Source of the DNA: Escherichia coli
Lineage (GTDB): Bacteria > Pseudomonadota > Gammaproteobacteria > Enterobacterales > Enterobacteriaceae
Strand: one strand, 5' to 3'
Assembly (NCBI RefSeq): GCF_022846255.1
Contig: NZ_AP025682.1
Length of the DNA stretch: 64,000 nt
Within the stretch, counting starts at the first letter, position 1; every line of letters begins with the position of its first letter. Both the position numbers and the translations under genes were made by a program. Shown here in pieces: positions 52,650 to 64,000 of the stretch. Below the pieces are notes generated by a model that did not search any database, had not been told where the DNA came from, and saw nothing but the letters and a program-made list of their open reading frames with translations.

Positions 52650-54286
52650 TGTTTCGCCCTCTTCGGCTCTGGATCTTTTTTGTCCTTCGCTTCAAATACC
52701 AGCGCGTTACTCTTCTCGTTGAGCGTTTTCAGCACCGGTTGCAGTTCTCGCAACACCTGATCAAGTCGCTGCATATCCGCCACCATCTTGTTGTAGGCTG
52801 CGGAGCCAGGCTGGAAGCCCTGCATACTGCGATTCAATTCACGCAACGTTGACTGCATATCCGTCGGTAACTGCTGCATCGACTGGCTGGCAAGGATCTT
52901 GTTCATGCTATCCAGCGTCGTTTGCAGGTTTTTCATTGTGCGCTGACTTTCAGAAAGCGTACTGGTTGCCAGTTCAATCATCGGATTCAGTGGCAGTTTG
53001 TTGATCTTATCCAACGCTTCCATCAGTCGTTGCTGGATTTGCGCCAGGCCGCCGCTGACGGTCGGGATAATCTGATAACCATTAAATTCACGAATACCGG
53101 TTATTGCAGGCGTATTTGGATAGAAATCGAGATCAACATACAGTGCGCCAGTGACCAGGTTTCCGGTTTTCAGCGATCCGCGTAAACCACGTTTCAACAA
53201 TTCGCCAAGGTGCTCAACAACATCCGCATTTTCGCCAAGCTGCATTTTCAGCCGCTCTGGCTCGATACGAATCAGTACCGGAATACGGTAATCATCGTTA
53301 AATGTCTGACGCATATTCGGCGCAAAGAATGGCACTTTGCTTACGGTACCCAGGCGAATACCCCGGAATTCTACCGGAGCTCCCGGTTGCAGACCGCGTA
53401 CCGAATCTTTAAAGAACATCAGATAATCAATGTGATCGGTGTACAACGAATCCTGAATGCTCTTCTGATCATCATACAAAACGAAAGCTGTTTTCGGTGC
53501 CACTGGCTGCCCTAAATCCAGACCTTCCGGCACATCAAAGCTGACACCGCCACTAAGCAGCGTTGTCAATGAGCCCATCTCCACACGCATTCCCGCTGAC
53601 GTCAGATCAACCGCAATGCCACTATCTTTCCAGAAACGAACATTGCTGGTCACCAGTCGGTCATAAGGTGCATTGATGAACAGTTGATAGCTGATATTGC
53701 GTTTTTGCGTATCGAAAGTGCTGGTTTCAACCGAACCTACCCGATAGCCACGGAACAGCACCGGATCTCCTGGCGAGAGCTGCCCGGCTTTTTTGCTATC
53801 GAGAAGCACACGGATACCTTTCGCATCAGGCGGGGCCAACGGTGGCGAGTCCAGCAAATCGTATTTATCCATTTTGCTGCCTTTCGCGCCTGGCTGCAGT
53901 TCGATATAAACCCCAGACAGCAGCGTTCCCAGGCCGCTAATCCCTTCTCGACCAATCTGCGGTTTCACCACCCAAAAGACGGTATCTTTATGCAGCAATT
54001 TTTCCATACCGGAATTCAGCCGCGCTTTGATTTCAACGTGTGTCAAATCATCAGCCAGTGTGGCGCTTTCAACCACGCCGACGTCAACGCTACGGCTTTT
54101 AATGGTGGTTTTGCCACCTTCAATTCCTTCCGCATTCGCGGTGATCAGGGTCACTTCCGGTCCCTGATGGCTGTAATGATAAAAAAGAACCCAGGCCCCA
54201 ATGAGCGCCGTGACGATAGGAAATATCCACACGGGAGACCAGTTCTTCACTTTCTGGATTTTGGCTTCCCCATTATTAGATTCCAT
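52646..54286 (-). CDS. pqiB: Paraquat-inducible protein B (MCE domains)
   Basis: Internal Met MESNNGEAKIQKVKNWSPVWIFPIV... Confidence 0.9.
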   Translation of the reverse strand: MESNNGEAKIQKVKNWSPVWIFPIVTALIGAWVLFYHYSHQGPEVTLITANAEGIEGGKTTIKSRSVDVGVVESATLADDLTHVEIKARLNSGMEKLLHKDTVFWVVKPQIGREGISGLGTLLSGVYIELQPGAKGSKMDKYDLLDSPPLAPPDAKGIRVLLDSKKAGQLSPGDPVLFRGYRVGSVETSTFDTQKRNISYQLFINAPYDRLVTSNVRFWKDSGIAVDLTSAGMRVEMGSLTTLLSGGVSFDVPEGLDLGQPVAPKTAFVLYDDQKSIQDSLYTDHIDYLMFFKDSVRGLQPGAPVEFRGIRLGTVSKVPFFAPNMRQTFNDDYRIPVLIRIEPERLKMQLGENADVVEHLGELLKRGLRGSLKTGNLVTGALYVDLDFYPNTPAITGIREFNGYQIIPTVSGGLAQIQQRLMEALDKINKLPLNPMIELATSTLSESQRTMKNLQTTLDSMNKILASQSMQQLPTDMQSTLRELNRSMQGFQPGSAAYNKMVADMQRLDQVLRELQPVLKTLNEKSNALVFEAKDKKDPEPKRAKQ

Positions 54287-54290
54287 ACTG

Positions 54291-55544
54291 TCAGGACTCC
54301 TCATGCTCTGATTCAGGTTGACGATCCCACGACAAACGCGGGTCAAACGTCATAGCAGAAAACATTGTCATTATGACGACTAAAGCAAACATTAATGCAC
54401 CCATTGCCGGATAAATACTCATTAAACCTCCCATACGCACCAGCGCCGAGAGCACCGCGATAACGAAAACGTCAATCATCGACCAGCGGCCTACAAACTC
54501 AACAACTTCATAAATCAAATGCATTCTTTCACTGTCGCGCTTGCCGTGTCCTTTGGCATCCCAACACAGCCACGCAATGGCGATCATCTTTAACGTTGGC
54601 ACCATAATACTGGCCAGAAAAATCACCGCAGCGACGGGATAAGAGCCTTCGCTCCATAACAGAATGACCCCAGCGAGAATCGTCGACGGCATCTTCGAGC
54701 CTAATAAATCCGTCACCATGATGGGCAAAATATTAGCCGGAAGATACAGCATGATGGACGTTACAAGCAGCGCGAGTGTCCACTGCAGGCTGTTTCTACG
54801 CCGAACGTACCCTTTGGTACTACAACGCGGGCACACGGGTTCATCAGCAGGAAGGATTGCCGTACAACAGGAGCACGAACGCAGCCCCTGACGTATCCCC
54901 GTGACACCTGGTTTTAGCGGCTGGCGCAGTTCTGGCATCGGGGCGATGTCGTCCCATAACCAGCGACGATCAACGCACTGAAAAGCGCGCAGTTGCAGGA
55001 CACAAAATAAACACCAGGGGAGAAAGCTGCTGCCTACCCCAATGCTGCCGTAAGCCATCAGTTTAACGAAACTGACCAGCACACCCGCGAGGAAAATCTC
55101 CGCCATTCCCCAGGTTTTGAGTTGAAAAAGCACCCGTGCCAGTTGCTCTTTTAAACGGACCGGTAATTCCGCGCGATTCACCAGTAACAGAATGGTTATC
55201 AGACAAAACGCGGGAACCAGTTGCACAAACAACAGGAAAAAGGTGCCGAGGCTGGCGTAGTCCTCAGAAAAAAGCACGCCGGGAATTTCCAGTAATGTAA
55301 TTTCACTGGTAACTCCTGCAACGTTCATATTCACAAAAGGAAACAAGTTGGACAGCAACAGCATGAACAGTGCAGCCAACGCATAGGCGGTGGGACGCTG
55401 CCGAGGGGCATCCCACGCCACGGTTAACGTTGTGCCACACCGGGGACATGCCGCTTTCTGACCATGCTCAAGGCGCGGTAACGCCACCAGCATGTCACAC
55501 TGCGAGCACAGGATGTGCTTCGCGGCATGATGATGTTCGCACAT
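54291..55544 (-). CDS. pqiA: Paraquat-inducible protein A
   Basis: 417 aa polytopic with Cys clusters. Confidence 0.9.
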   Translation of the reverse strand: MCEHHHAAKHILCSQCDMLVALPRLEHGQKAACPRCGTTLTVAWDAPRQRPTAYALAALFMLLLSNLFPFVNMNVAGVTSEITLLEIPGVLFSEDYASLGTFFLLFVQLVPAFCLITILLLVNRAELPVRLKEQLARVLFQLKTWGMAEIFLAGVLVSFVKLMAYGSIGVGSSFLPWCLFCVLQLRAFQCVDRRWLWDDIAPMPELRQPLKPGVTGIRQGLRSCSCCTAILPADEPVCPRCSTKGYVRRRNSLQWTLALLVTSIMLYLPANILPIMVTDLLGSKMPSTILAGVILLWSEGSYPVAAVIFLASIMVPTLKMIAIAWLCWDAKGHGKRDSERMHLIYEVVEFVGRWSMIDVFVIAVLSALVRMGGLMSIYPAMGALMFALVVIMTMFSAMTFDPRLSWDRQPESEHEES

Positions 55545-55673
55545 TGGTACTCCTTAATGATGCGCTATTTTGCAGATGACTAACAAAGTGTTGGTTTTCA
55601 TGCCTGATAAACCCAGTACATCAGGCACTTTTACCGTTGTCAGCAGTCTCTGTTTAAATCGACTATTTTGCGA

Positions 55674-57581
55674 TCAGCCACCATTTTTTAACGCTTCAAG
55701 ATACTCCCAGCGTTCAAAGGCTTGCTCCAGCTCCTGCTCTGCAGCAGCCATATCAGCGAGCACTTTTTGCGTCTGCTCATGCGGCTGACTGAAGAAGGAA
55801 GCATCCGCCACTTGCGTCTGTAAAGCTTCCAGCTTCGCCTCCAGATCTTCAAGCAATTGCGGTAGCTGCTCCAGTTCGCGCTGCAATTTATAGCTTAGTT
55901 TGCTACTGCTGCGTTTTACAGTTTCTGCTTTTGGCGCAGCGGCTTCTTCGATTTTTTTCACCGCAGGCTGTTTGAGCGCCACATACTGTTCTTGCTGACC
56001 ACGGGCATCATGATAACCGCCGACATAACGACCAATTTTACCGCCGCCTTCGAAGATCCAGCATTCTGTAACGGTGTTATCGACAAACTGACGATCGTGG
56101 CTAACCAGCAATACCGTGCCCTGATAGCTGTCGATCAGTTCTTCCAGCAGTTCCAGCGTTTCGACATCAAGATCGTTGGTCGGTTCGTCAAGAATCAATA
56201 AGTTGCTTGGTTTGAGGAACAAACGCGCCAACAACAAGCGGTTACGCTCACCGCCAGAAAGCGCACGTACCGGCGTCATCGCCCGTTTTGGATGGAACAG
56301 GAAGTCCTGCAAATAGCCCAATACGTGGCGTGGCTTGCCGTTAACCATCACCTCTTGCTTACCTTCGGCAAGGTTATCCATCACCGTTTTATCGGGATCC
56401 AGTTCCGCGCGGTGCTGATCGAAATAAGCCACTTCCAGTTTGGTGCCAACATGAATACGCCCGCTGTCTGCTTGAAGCTGACCGAGCATTAGTTTCAGCA
56501 GCGTGGTTTTGCCGCACCCATTCGGACCAATCAGGGCAATTTTGTCGCCGCGTAGAACCTGGGCAGAAAAATCTTTCACCAGTTGCTTACCGTCAACCTG
56601 GTAGCAAACGTCCTCCATTTCGAAAACGATCTTACCGGAGCGGCTGGCTTCTTCCACCTGCATCTTTGCGGTACCCATCACTTCGCGACGTTCACCACGC
56701 TCGCGACGCATTGCTTTCAGGGCGCGTACGCGGCCTTCATTACGGGTACGACGTGCTTTGATCCCCTGGCGGATCCACACCTCTTCCTGCGCCAGTTTGC
56801 GATCGAACTCGGCATTTTGTAATTCTTCCACGCGCAGGGCTTCTTCTTTTTCCAGCAGGTACTGGTCGTAATTCCCTGGATAGGTCACCAGCTTGCCGCG
56901 ATCGAGATCAACAATGCGCGTCGCCATATTGCGGATAAACGAACGGTCGTGGGAAATGAAAATAATTGTCCCATTGAAGGTTTTGAGGAACCCTTCCAGC
57001 CAGTCGATGGTTTCAATATCCAGGTGGTTAGTCGGTTCGTCGAGCAGCAATACGCGCGGATTGCTCACCAGCGCGCGTCCTAATGCCGCTTTACGCAACC
57101 AGCCGCCGGAAAGCGACGACAGCGCAACATTAGGATCTAATCCCAGTTGCGCCAGCACTTCGTTGATGCGGTTTTCCAGCTGCCACAGGTTGTGGTGATC
57201 CAGCTGTTCCTGAACCTTCGCCAGTTCGTTGAGATTTTTCTCGCTCGGGTCGTTCATCACCAGGCGCGAAATATCGTGATAGCGTTTCAGGTATTCCGCT
57301 TGTTCTTCAATGCCTTCGGCAACGAAATCATAAACGCTACCCTCAACGTTACGCGGCGGATCCTGTTGCAGACGAGCTACAATCAAATCTTGCTCGTAAA
57401 TAATGCGACCGTCATCCAGCCCCTGTTCACGGTTGAGGATCTTCATTAACGTCGATTTGCCTGCGCCGTTACGACCTACCAGACAAACACGTTCGTTATC
57501 TTCGATATGCAGTTCTGCGTTATCGAGAAGCGGCGCGTCGCTGAACGACAGCCATGCGCCATGCATACTGATTAATGACAT
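55674..57581 (-). CDS. uup: ABC-F ATPase Uup
   Basis: 635 aa, two ABC cassettes. Confidence 0.95.
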   Translation of the reverse strand: MSLISMHGAWLSFSDAPLLDNAELHIEDNERVCLVGRNGAGKSTLMKILNREQGLDDGRIIYEQDLIVARLQQDPPRNVEGSVYDFVAEGIEEQAEYLKRYHDISRLVMNDPSEKNLNELAKVQEQLDHHNLWQLENRINEVLAQLGLDPNVALSSLSGGWLRKAALGRALVSNPRVLLLDEPTNHLDIETIDWLEGFLKTFNGTIIFISHDRSFIRNMATRIVDLDRGKLVTYPGNYDQYLLEKEEALRVEELQNAEFDRKLAQEEVWIRQGIKARRTRNEGRVRALKAMRRERGERREVMGTAKMQVEEASRSGKIVFEMEDVCYQVDGKQLVKDFSAQVLRGDKIALIGPNGCGKTTLLKLMLGQLQADSGRIHVGTKLEVAYFDQHRAELDPDKTVMDNLAEGKQEVMVNGKPRHVLGYLQDFLFHPKRAMTPVRALSGGERNRLLLARLFLKPSNLLILDEPTNDLDVETLELLEELIDSYQGTVLLVSHDRQFVDNTVTECWIFEGGGKIGRYVGGYHDARGQQEQYVALKQPAVKKIEEAAAPKAETVKRSSSKLSYKLQRELEQLPQLLEDLEAKLEALQTQVADASFFSQPHEQTQKVLADMAAAEQELEQAFERWEYLEALKNGG

Positions 57582-57592
57582 TACTATTCCTT

Positions 57593-59701
57593 TCAGGCTG
57601 CGGTAATCAGCCAGCAGTTGTGGATCTGGCGGTTACGGGCGAAATCCTGGGAGAGCGTTTTTTGCGTAATTTCTTGTGCTTTCAGTCCCAGTTTCGCCAG
57701 GCCGTCGAGATCCATACGGAAGCCGCGTTTGTTGTTCGAGAACATGATCGTCCCACCTGCACGCAGCAGACGTTTCAAATCTTTCATCAGCGCCAGATGA
57801 TCGCGCTGAACATCAAACGCATCTTCCATTCGTTTTGAGTTAGAAAAGGTTGGCGGATCGATAAAGATCAGATCGAACTGTTCATTTGCCTCACGCAGCC
57901 ACGCCAGGCAATCGGCCTGAATCAGGCGATGCGCACGCCCGGTTAAGCCATTCAGACGCAGGTTGCGTTCTGCCCACTCCAGATAAGTACGCGACATATC
58001 CACGGTGGTGGTGCTGCGCGCGCCGCCTAATCCCGCATGCACGGTGGCGCTACCGGTATAGGAGAACAGGTTGAGGAAATCTTTGCCTTTGCTCATCTGA
58101 CCGAGCATACGACGGGCGATACGGTGATCGAGGAACAGACCGGTATCGAGGTAATCCGTCAGGTTCACCCACAAGTGAGCGTTATATTCGGTGACTTCGA
58201 GAAACTCGCCCTTCTCGCCCAGTTTCTGGTACTGATTTTTGCCCTTCTGGCGTTCACGGGTTTTCAGCACCAGTTTGTTTGGCGCAATCCCCAGTACCGA
58301 AATGGTTGCAGCGATAATATCGACCAGACGCTGACGCGCTTTGTGCGCATCAATAGTTTTTGGCGGCGCATACTCCTGCACCACCACCCAGTCGGCATAA
58401 CGATCAACGGCAACGTTATATTCCGGCAGATCGGCGTCATACAGGCGGTAACATTCAATTCCTTCCTGGCGAGCCCACTTCTCGAATTTTTTGAGATTCT
58501 TACGCAGACGGTTGGCGTAGTCTTCCGCTGCCATTACCGGTTTGCTGTCTGGTGTGCTTTCGGCAACATGGTAGTTTTTCTGTACGCAGTCCAGCGGGCC
58601 GTTTTTCGCCTTGTACTGTTTGTCTGCACGCAGCTGCAGGCAGCTTAGCAGATCCGGCGAGGCACTAAACAAAGAGAGATTCCAGCCACCGAACTGGTTT
58701 TTCATGATTCGGCCCAGCAGACTATGCAGCGCAATCAGCGCCGGTTCGCTGTCCAGACGTTCACCGTATGGCGGGTTGCTCAACACTGTACCGTACGGCC
58801 CTTTCGGCAGCGGATTGGCCAGTTGCGCGACATCGTTCACCTCAAAGGTGATCAGTTCACCAATCCCCGCAAGACGGGCGTTAGTGCGCGCACGTTGAAT
58901 CACCCGTGCGTCACTGTCCGAACCGTAGAAATGGGAGCTATACTCCGCTAGGCCTTTACGGGCACGAGTTTGCGCTTCCGCTTTCACTTCCTGCCAGATA
59001 GCTTCATCATGCTGCGTCCAGCCGCTAAAGCCCCAACGCCCACGGTGCAAGCCCGGTGCGCGGTCGGTCGCCAGCATCGCTGCTTCAATCAGCAACGTAC
59101 CGGAACCACACATTGGATCGAGCAGTGGTGTTCCTGGCTGCCAGCCGGATCGCATCACAATAGCGGCTGCCAGGGTTTCTTTGATCGGCGCAATGCCAGC
59201 ACGATCGCGATAGCCACGCAGATGTAAACCATCACCACTGAGATCAAGGGCGATACTGGCGGTTTCTTTATGCAGCCAGACGTTAACGCGGATATCCGGC
59301 GCATCGCGATCAACATTTGGACGCGGCAGATTTTTCCGCGTGAAAGCATCGACGATCGCGTCTTTCACTTTCATCGCACCGTACTGACTGTTGCGTATGG
59401 TGTCATTCAAACCACTGAAGTGGACAGCGAAGGTCGCGCCAGGATTAAACATCTCTGTCCAGTTGATCGCCTGAACACCGAGATAGAGGTCTAAATCGCT
59501 GTAAACCTTACACTCGCCCAGCGGCAACATAATACGCGAGGCCAGGCGGCTCCACATCAGGCTCTGGTAAACAAGCCGTGTGTCGCCCTTGAAATGGACC
59601 CCACCCTGAACCACCTGGCATTCAACGGCCCCCAGGTTTTCCAGTTCAGTTTTTAACAGCTCTTCCAGCCCACGGGCCGTACTGGCAAACAGAGAATTCA
59701 T
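57593..59701 (-). CDS. rlmL: Bifunctional 23S rRNA methyltransferase RlmKL
   Basis: 702 aa. Confidence 0.95.
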   Translation of the reverse strand: MNSLFASTARGLEELLKTELENLGAVECQVVQGGVHFKGDTRLVYQSLMWSRLASRIMLPLGECKVYSDLDLYLGVQAINWTEMFNPGATFAVHFSGLNDTIRNSQYGAMKVKDAIVDAFTRKNLPRPNVDRDAPDIRVNVWLHKETASIALDLSGDGLHLRGYRDRAGIAPIKETLAAAIVMRSGWQPGTPLLDPMCGSGTLLIEAAMLATDRAPGLHRGRWGFSGWTQHDEAIWQEVKAEAQTRARKGLAEYSSHFYGSDSDARVIQRARTNARLAGIGELITFEVNDVAQLANPLPKGPYGTVLSNPPYGERLDSEPALIALHSLLGRIMKNQFGGWNLSLFSASPDLLSCLQLRADKQYKAKNGPLDCVQKNYHVAESTPDSKPVMAAEDYANRLRKNLKKFEKWARQEGIECYRLYDADLPEYNVAVDRYADWVVVQEYAPPKTIDAHKARQRLVDIIAATISVLGIAPNKLVLKTRERQKGKNQYQKLGEKGEFLEVTEYNAHLWVNLTDYLDTGLFLDHRIARRMLGQMSKGKDFLNLFSYTGSATVHAGLGGARSTTTVDMSRTYLEWAERNLRLNGLTGRAHRLIQADCLAWLREANEQFDLIFIDPPTFSNSKRMEDAFDVQRDHLALMKDLKRLLRAGGTIMFSNNKRGFRMDLDGLAKLGLKAQEITQKTLSQDFARNRQIHNCWLITAA

Positions 59702-59798
59702 ATTGTCACTTTTACTCTAAGAAAATTGTTGCGCATTATAGCTAATAAGCGCGTCATGTCATAAAGTTGAGGGCTTATTTTCATTTGAGGACCGCACC

Positions 59799-60908
59799 GT
59801 GGCGACATTAACCCGGCTTTTTATTCATCCTGTTAAATCGATGCGCGGCATTGGTCTTACACATACCCTGGCAGATGTCAGTGGTCTGGCCTTCGATCGC
59901 ATCTTTATGATCACGGAACCTGACGGTACGTTTATTACCGCTCGCCAGTTTCCGCTAATGGTACGGTTTACTCCTTCACCCGTGCATGATGGCTTGCATC
60001 TCACCGCACCAGATGGCAGTAGTGCATATGTTCGTTTTGCTGATTTCGCCACACAAGACGCACCAACCGAAGTTTGGGGCACACATTTTACCGCGCGAAT
60101 TGCGCCAGACGCGATCAACAAATGGCTAAGTGGATTTTTCTCCCGCGAAGTGCAATTACGCTGGGTGGGGCCACAAATGACCCGGCGCGTGAAACGCCAC
60201 AACACTGTACCCCTGTCATTTGCTGATGGCTATCCTTACCTTCTTGCTAACGAGGCCTCGTTACGTGATCTCCAACAACGTTGTCCGGCCAGTGTAAAAA
60301 TGGAGCAATTCCGCCCCAATCTGGTGGTTTCCGGTGCTTCGGCCTGGGAAGAAGATAGCTGGAAAGTGATTCGCATTGGTGATGTCGTGTTTGATGTGGT
60401 TAAGCCTTGTAGCCGCTGTATTTTCACCACCGTCAGCCCAGAAAAAGGGCAAAAACATCCGGCAGGCGAACCATTAAAAACACTGCAATCTTTCCGTACT
60501 GCCCAGGATAACGGCGATGTCGATTTTGGTCAGAATTTAATTGCCCGTAATAGCGGCGTGATTCGCGTTGGCGATGAGGTGGAAATTCTGGCAACGGCTC
60601 CAGCTAAAATTTACGGCGCAGGTGCCGCTGATGATACTGCCAACATCACGCAACAACCGGACGCAAACGTAGATATTGACTGGCAGGGACAGGCATTTCG
60701 TGGAAATAACCAACAGGTGCTGCTGGAGCAATTAGAAAATCAGGGAATTCGTATCCCTTATTCTTGCCGCGCAGGCATTTGTGGAAGTTGCCGTGTTCAG
60801 CTTTTAGAAGGCGAAGTCACGCCGCTAAAAAAATCAGCAATAGGCGATGATGGCACTATTCTTTGCTGTAGTTGTGTACCGAAGACTGCGCTTAAGCTGG
60901 CGCGTTAG
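59799..60908 (+). CDS. ycbX: MOSC-domain 2Fe-2S protein YcbX
   Basis: 369 aa, C-terminal ferredoxin-like Cys motif. Confidence 0.9.
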   Translation: MATLTRLFIHPVKSMRGIGLTHTLADVSGLAFDRIFMITEPDGTFITARQFPLMVRFTPSPVHDGLHLTAPDGSSAYVRFADFATQDAPTEVWGTHFTARIAPDAINKWLSGFFSREVQLRWVGPQMTRRVKRHNTVPLSFADGYPYLLANEASLRDLQQRCPASVKMEQFRPNLVVSGASAWEEDSWKVIRIGDVVFDVVKPCSRCIFTTVSPEKGQKHPAGEPLKTLQSFRTAQDNGDVDFGQNLIARNSGVIRVGDEVEILATAPAKIYGAGAADDTANITQQPDANVDIDWQGQAFRGNNQQVLLEQLENQGIRIPYSCRAGICGSCRVQLLEGEVTPLKKSAIGDDGTILCCSCVPKTALKLAR

Positions 60909-61447
60909 ACTGCCTGTTCGAGGCTGAAGCTGTCAACATTAACCTGCGGTTTCAGCCTGTCGTTCATGATTTTAATGGCGTCGCCCAACTGCATCGCGCG
61001 ACCCGCAATAACAACGCAGGGTTGTGCCAGTAGACATAGCGCGGCATTCTCGCCAGATTCAACGACCAGTAAATTCACTTGCTCATGAGTGTCGCTCAAC
61101 CAAACGTAGGCCGCATCGCCCGGCATGGGCATCCACATTTCACCATGAGATACAAAATGCCAGCTTTTCGGCATTTGCGGTTTGAGATAACGAATTGCTA
61201 CCAGTGCATTCAGCACCAGTTCGGCTTTTTGTTCTTTAGATAAATTAAAATCGCGGCACTTTTCTTCAAAAGAGAAATAGAGCGCGGCGTCATCAACGCA
61301 AAAACCTGCGGGAGAAAAGGCATCTGGAGTCAACATTTTGCGCGCAAAACGTGAGCGAAATAGCATACCATTGGCTAAATCGAGCATCATTCGATCGTGC
61401 TCTTCATCGTAATACCAACGCCAGTTATCGTCTGGTTTAATTCGCAT
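60905..61447 (-). CDS. zapC: Cell division protein ZapC
   Basis: Internal Met [24 protein letters not shown]... Confidence 0.85.
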   Translation of the reverse strand: MRIKPDDNWRWYYDEEHDRMMLDLANGMLFRSRFARKMLTPDAFSPAGFCVDDAALYFSFEEKCRDFNLSKEQKAELVLNALVAIRYLKPQMPKSWHFVSHGEMWMPMPGDAAYVWLSDTHEQVNLLVVESGENAALCLLAQPCVVIAGRAMQLGDAIKIMNDRLKPQVNVDSFSLEQAV

Positions 61448-61620
61448 CTGCCACTCCCCAACCTTATAAAACCGCAGCGACACAATCCATTGTCGCTTCG
61501 CTTAATAACCTCAACAATAAAAGTACAAAATGTCTAAATAAGCAACAGCGATGAATATAAAACAACCAGGGCTGAAAATAAAGCCCTGATTATCTTATAA
61601 AGAGGAATTTGAAGAAATAA

Positions 61621-62631
61621 TTAGATATGGGTAACGATTTCTTTAATCAGCGGCGGACCTTTAAAAATAAAACCAGAATAAATTTGCACCAGTGAGGCAC
61701 CCGCAGCAATCTTTTCACGCGCAGCGATAACCGAGTCAATGCCGCCAACACCAATAATCGGCAAGCGTCCGTTTAATTCCTGTGACAAGCGGCGAATAAT
61801 TTCGGTGCTTTTTAACTGAAGCGGACGACCACTTAAGCCACCGGTTTGATCGCAATTTTTCATTCCCTGAACCAGAGAACGATCGAGTGTGGTATTGGTT
61901 GCAATAACGCCATCAATATTATGGCGAACTAAACTATCGGCAACCTGGATCAATTCTTCTTCAGAAAGATCCGGCGCGATCTTCACTGCGATCGGCACAT
62001 ATTTATGGTGCATCACTTGCAAATCATTTTGTTTATTTTTAATCGCAGTTAAGAGATCATCCAGCGCTTCACCATATTGCAGTGTGCGTAATCCTGGGGT
62101 ATTTGGCGATGAAATATTGATGGCGATATATCCCGCATAGGCATAGATTTTTTCCATACAAATCAGATAGTCATCTTTACCCTGCTCCACCGGCGTATCT
62201 TTATTTTTGCCGATGTTAATACCCAGAACGCCGTCATAATGGGCTTTTTTTACGTTCTCTACGAGGTTATCAACGCCAAGATTATTAAAGCCCATACGGT
62301 TGATCAAACCTTCGGCATCTACCAAACGAAAGAGACGCGGCTTGTCATTACCTGGCTGGGGACGTGGCGTGACGGTACCGATCTCGATCGATCCAAATCC
62401 CATCGCGCCTAACGCGTCAATGCACTCCCCGTCTTTATCAAGACCGGCTGCCAGACCAAGCGGATTTTTAAACGTCAGGCCCATGCAGTTAACAGGTTTC
62501 GCAGGCACTTTCTGCCGCACCAGTGCTTCAAACGGCGTTCCTGTAATACGGCGTAATTGCTGAAAAGTAAACTCATGAGCGCGCTCTGGATCGAGCTGGA
62601 AAAGGGCTTTACGAACGAAGGGGTAGTACAT
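61621..62631 (-). CDS. pyrD: Dihydroorotate dehydrogenase (quinone)
   Basis: Internal Met [26 protein letters not shown]... Confidence 0.95.
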   Translation of the reverse strand: MYYPFVRKALFQLDPERAHEFTFQQLRRITGTPFEALVRQKVPAKPVNCMGLTFKNPLGLAAGLDKDGECIDALGAMGFGSIEIGTVTPRPQPGNDKPRLFRLVDAEGLINRMGFNNLGVDNLVENVKKAHYDGVLGINIGKNKDTPVEQGKDDYLICMEKIYAYAGYIAINISSPNTPGLRTLQYGEALDDLLTAIKNKQNDLQVMHHKYVPIAVKIAPDLSEEELIQVADSLVRHNIDGVIATNTTLDRSLVQGMKNCDQTGGLSGRPLQLKSTEIIRRLSQELNGRLPIIGVGGIDSVIAAREKIAAGASLVQIYSGFIFKGPPLIKEIVTHI

Positions 62632-62867
62632 GAACTCTCCTGGATTCCCGGTGTGCAAACCGGGGGCGTATTATGTGCGAGTTCGGACCAAAAGGGAATT
62701 GACCTGCGGCAATAAATAGCAAACGTTTTCTTATTGCGCTTTTTTTATGCTTTTTTTGGCTTTTCTTCCTCAGATAAATCATTTCGACTCGCGGACGCCC
62801 TCTGTCAGACTGACCGAATTGTTATCAATGTTAACAAAACAAGAACAATTGGTTATAAGGAGAGAGT

Positions 62868-63443
62868 ATGCGTGTCATCACCCTGGCGGGTAGTCCTCGC
62901 TTTCCTTCTCGCTCCAGCTCCTTGCTGGAATATGCGCGGGAAAAACTAAATGGCCTGGATGTAGAGGTTTATCACTGGAATTTGCAAAACTTCGTCCCGG
63001 AAGATCTGCTTTATGCTCGTTTCGATAGTCCGGCACTCAAGACCTTCACCGAACAACTGCAACAGGCCGATGGGCTGATTGTCGCCACGCCTGTGTATAA
63101 AGCCGCCTATTCCGGTGCACTGAAAACCCTGCTCGACCTGCTGCCAGAACGTGCGTTGCAAGGCAAAGTGGTGCTGCCGCTGGCGACAGGCGGCACCGTG
63201 GCCCATCTGCTGGCGGTCGATTATGCCCTTAAGCCAGTTTTAAGTACGCTGAAAGCCCAGGAGATCCTGCACGGCGTGTTTGCCGATGACTCGCAAGTAA
63301 TTGATTACCAACACAAACCCCAGTTTACGCCAAATCTGCAAACTCGTCTTGATACCGCGCTAGAAACTTTCTGGCAGGCGTTGCACCGCCGCGATGTTCA
63401 GGTTCCTGACCTTCTGTCTCTGCGAGGTAATGCCCATGCGTAA
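62868..63443 (+). CDS. ssuE: NADPH-dependent FMN reductase SsuE
   Basis: 191 aa. Confidence 0.9.
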   Translation: MRVITLAGSPRFPSRSSSLLEYAREKLNGLDVEVYHWNLQNFVPEDLLYARFDSPALKTFTEQLQQADGLIVATPVYKAAYSGALKTLLDLLPERALQGKVVLPLATGGTVAHLLAVDYALKPVLSTLKAQEILHGVFADDSQVIDYQHKPQFTPNLQTRLDTALETFWQALHRRDVQVPDLLSLRGNAHA

Positions 63444-64000
63444 GATCATTAAACTGGCGCTGGCGGGTTTACTTAGCGTCTCTACACTTGCTGTTGCCGC
63501 GGAGTCTTCGCCAGAGGCGTTACGTATAGGCTATCAAAAAGGCAGTATTGGTATGGTGCTGGCAAAAAGCCACCAGTTACTGGAAAAACGCTATCCGCAA
63601 ACAAAAATCTCCTGGGTGGAGTTCCCCGCTGGCCCACAGATGCTGGAGGCGTTAAACGTTGGCAGTATCGATCTCGGCAGTACCGGGGATATTCCGCCAA
63701 TCTTTGCCCAGGCTGCCGGGGCTGATTTGGTATACGTGGGCGTCGAGCCACCGAAGCCCAAAGCCGAAGTGATTCTGGTGGCAGAAAACAGCCCGATCAA
63801 AACCGTAGCCGATCTTAAAGGTCACAAAGTTGCCTTTCAGAAAGGTTCCAGTTCGCACAATCTTTTACTGCGAGCCCTTCGCCAGGCCGGGCTTAAATTC
63901 ACGGATATTCAGCCCACTTACCTGACGCCTGCCGATGCCCGCGCCGCGTTCCAGCAAGGTAACGTTGACGCCTGGGCTATCTGGGATCCCTACTACTCCG
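63436..64000 (+). CDS. ssuA: Sulfonate-binding protein SsuA, N-terminal part (runs off window end)
   Basis: MRKIIKLALAGLLSVSTLAVAAESSPEALRIGYQKGS..., signal peptide. Confidence 0.9.
   Translation, partial: MRKIIKLALAGLLSVSTLAVAAESSPEALRIGYQKGSIGMVLAKSHQLLEKRYPQTKISWVEFPAGPQMLEALNVGSIDLGSTGDIPPIFAQAAGADLVYVGVEPPKPKAEVILVAENSPIKTVADLKGHKVAFQKGSSSHNLLLRALRQAGLKFTDIQPTYLTPADARAAFQQGNVDAWAIWDPYYS

Overview
The window holds two parts. Positions 1 to about 20400 are one arm of a lambdoid mosaic prophage, running off the left edge of the window. From 20401 onward is conserved E. coli chromosome, in inverted orientation relative to the K-12 map as I recall it. Prophage, left to right: lambda-type terminase (A truncated at the edge, Nu1), cos, a Rha-family gene, a phage-21-type lysis cassette (pinholin, SAR endolysin, Rz/Rz1), two tRNA-like genes, Q, a nin region, lambda O/P with ori iterons, a P22-type immunity region (c1-cro-c2) with matching nutR/nutL, an N-like antiterminator, sieB, ral, ea10-cIII-kil-gam-bet-exo, a ~3 kb accessory island, then xis and an HK022-like int abutting torS. 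Chromosome: torS, yccM, gnsA, ymcE, cspG, cspH, appA-appX-appB-appC, hyaFEDCBA, serT, yccA, tusE, yccX, rlmI, hspQ, yccU, yccT, mgsA, helD, yccF, yccS, sxy, sulA, ompA, matP, ycbZ, fabA, rmf, pqiCBA, uup, rlmL, ycbX, zapC, pyrD, ssuE, ssuA (partial). The best candidate for something undescribed is the accessory island (about 16030-19036): a LexA-box promoter driving a small antisense ORF, a 176-aa orphan gene behind a GATC-clustered and G-depleted leader, a C5-methyltransferase remnant, a small gene carrying an octanucleotide tandem repeat that looks like a phase-variation switch, and a 114-aa orphan gene behind a repeat-rich terminator-containing leader. No protein in that island could be assigned a function from sequence alone. 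All identifications rest on my reading of the sequence and recall of protein families; no database search was run. Hand-derived coordinates may be off by 1 nt in places (one such discrepancy against the ORF track was seen near 54.3 kb).
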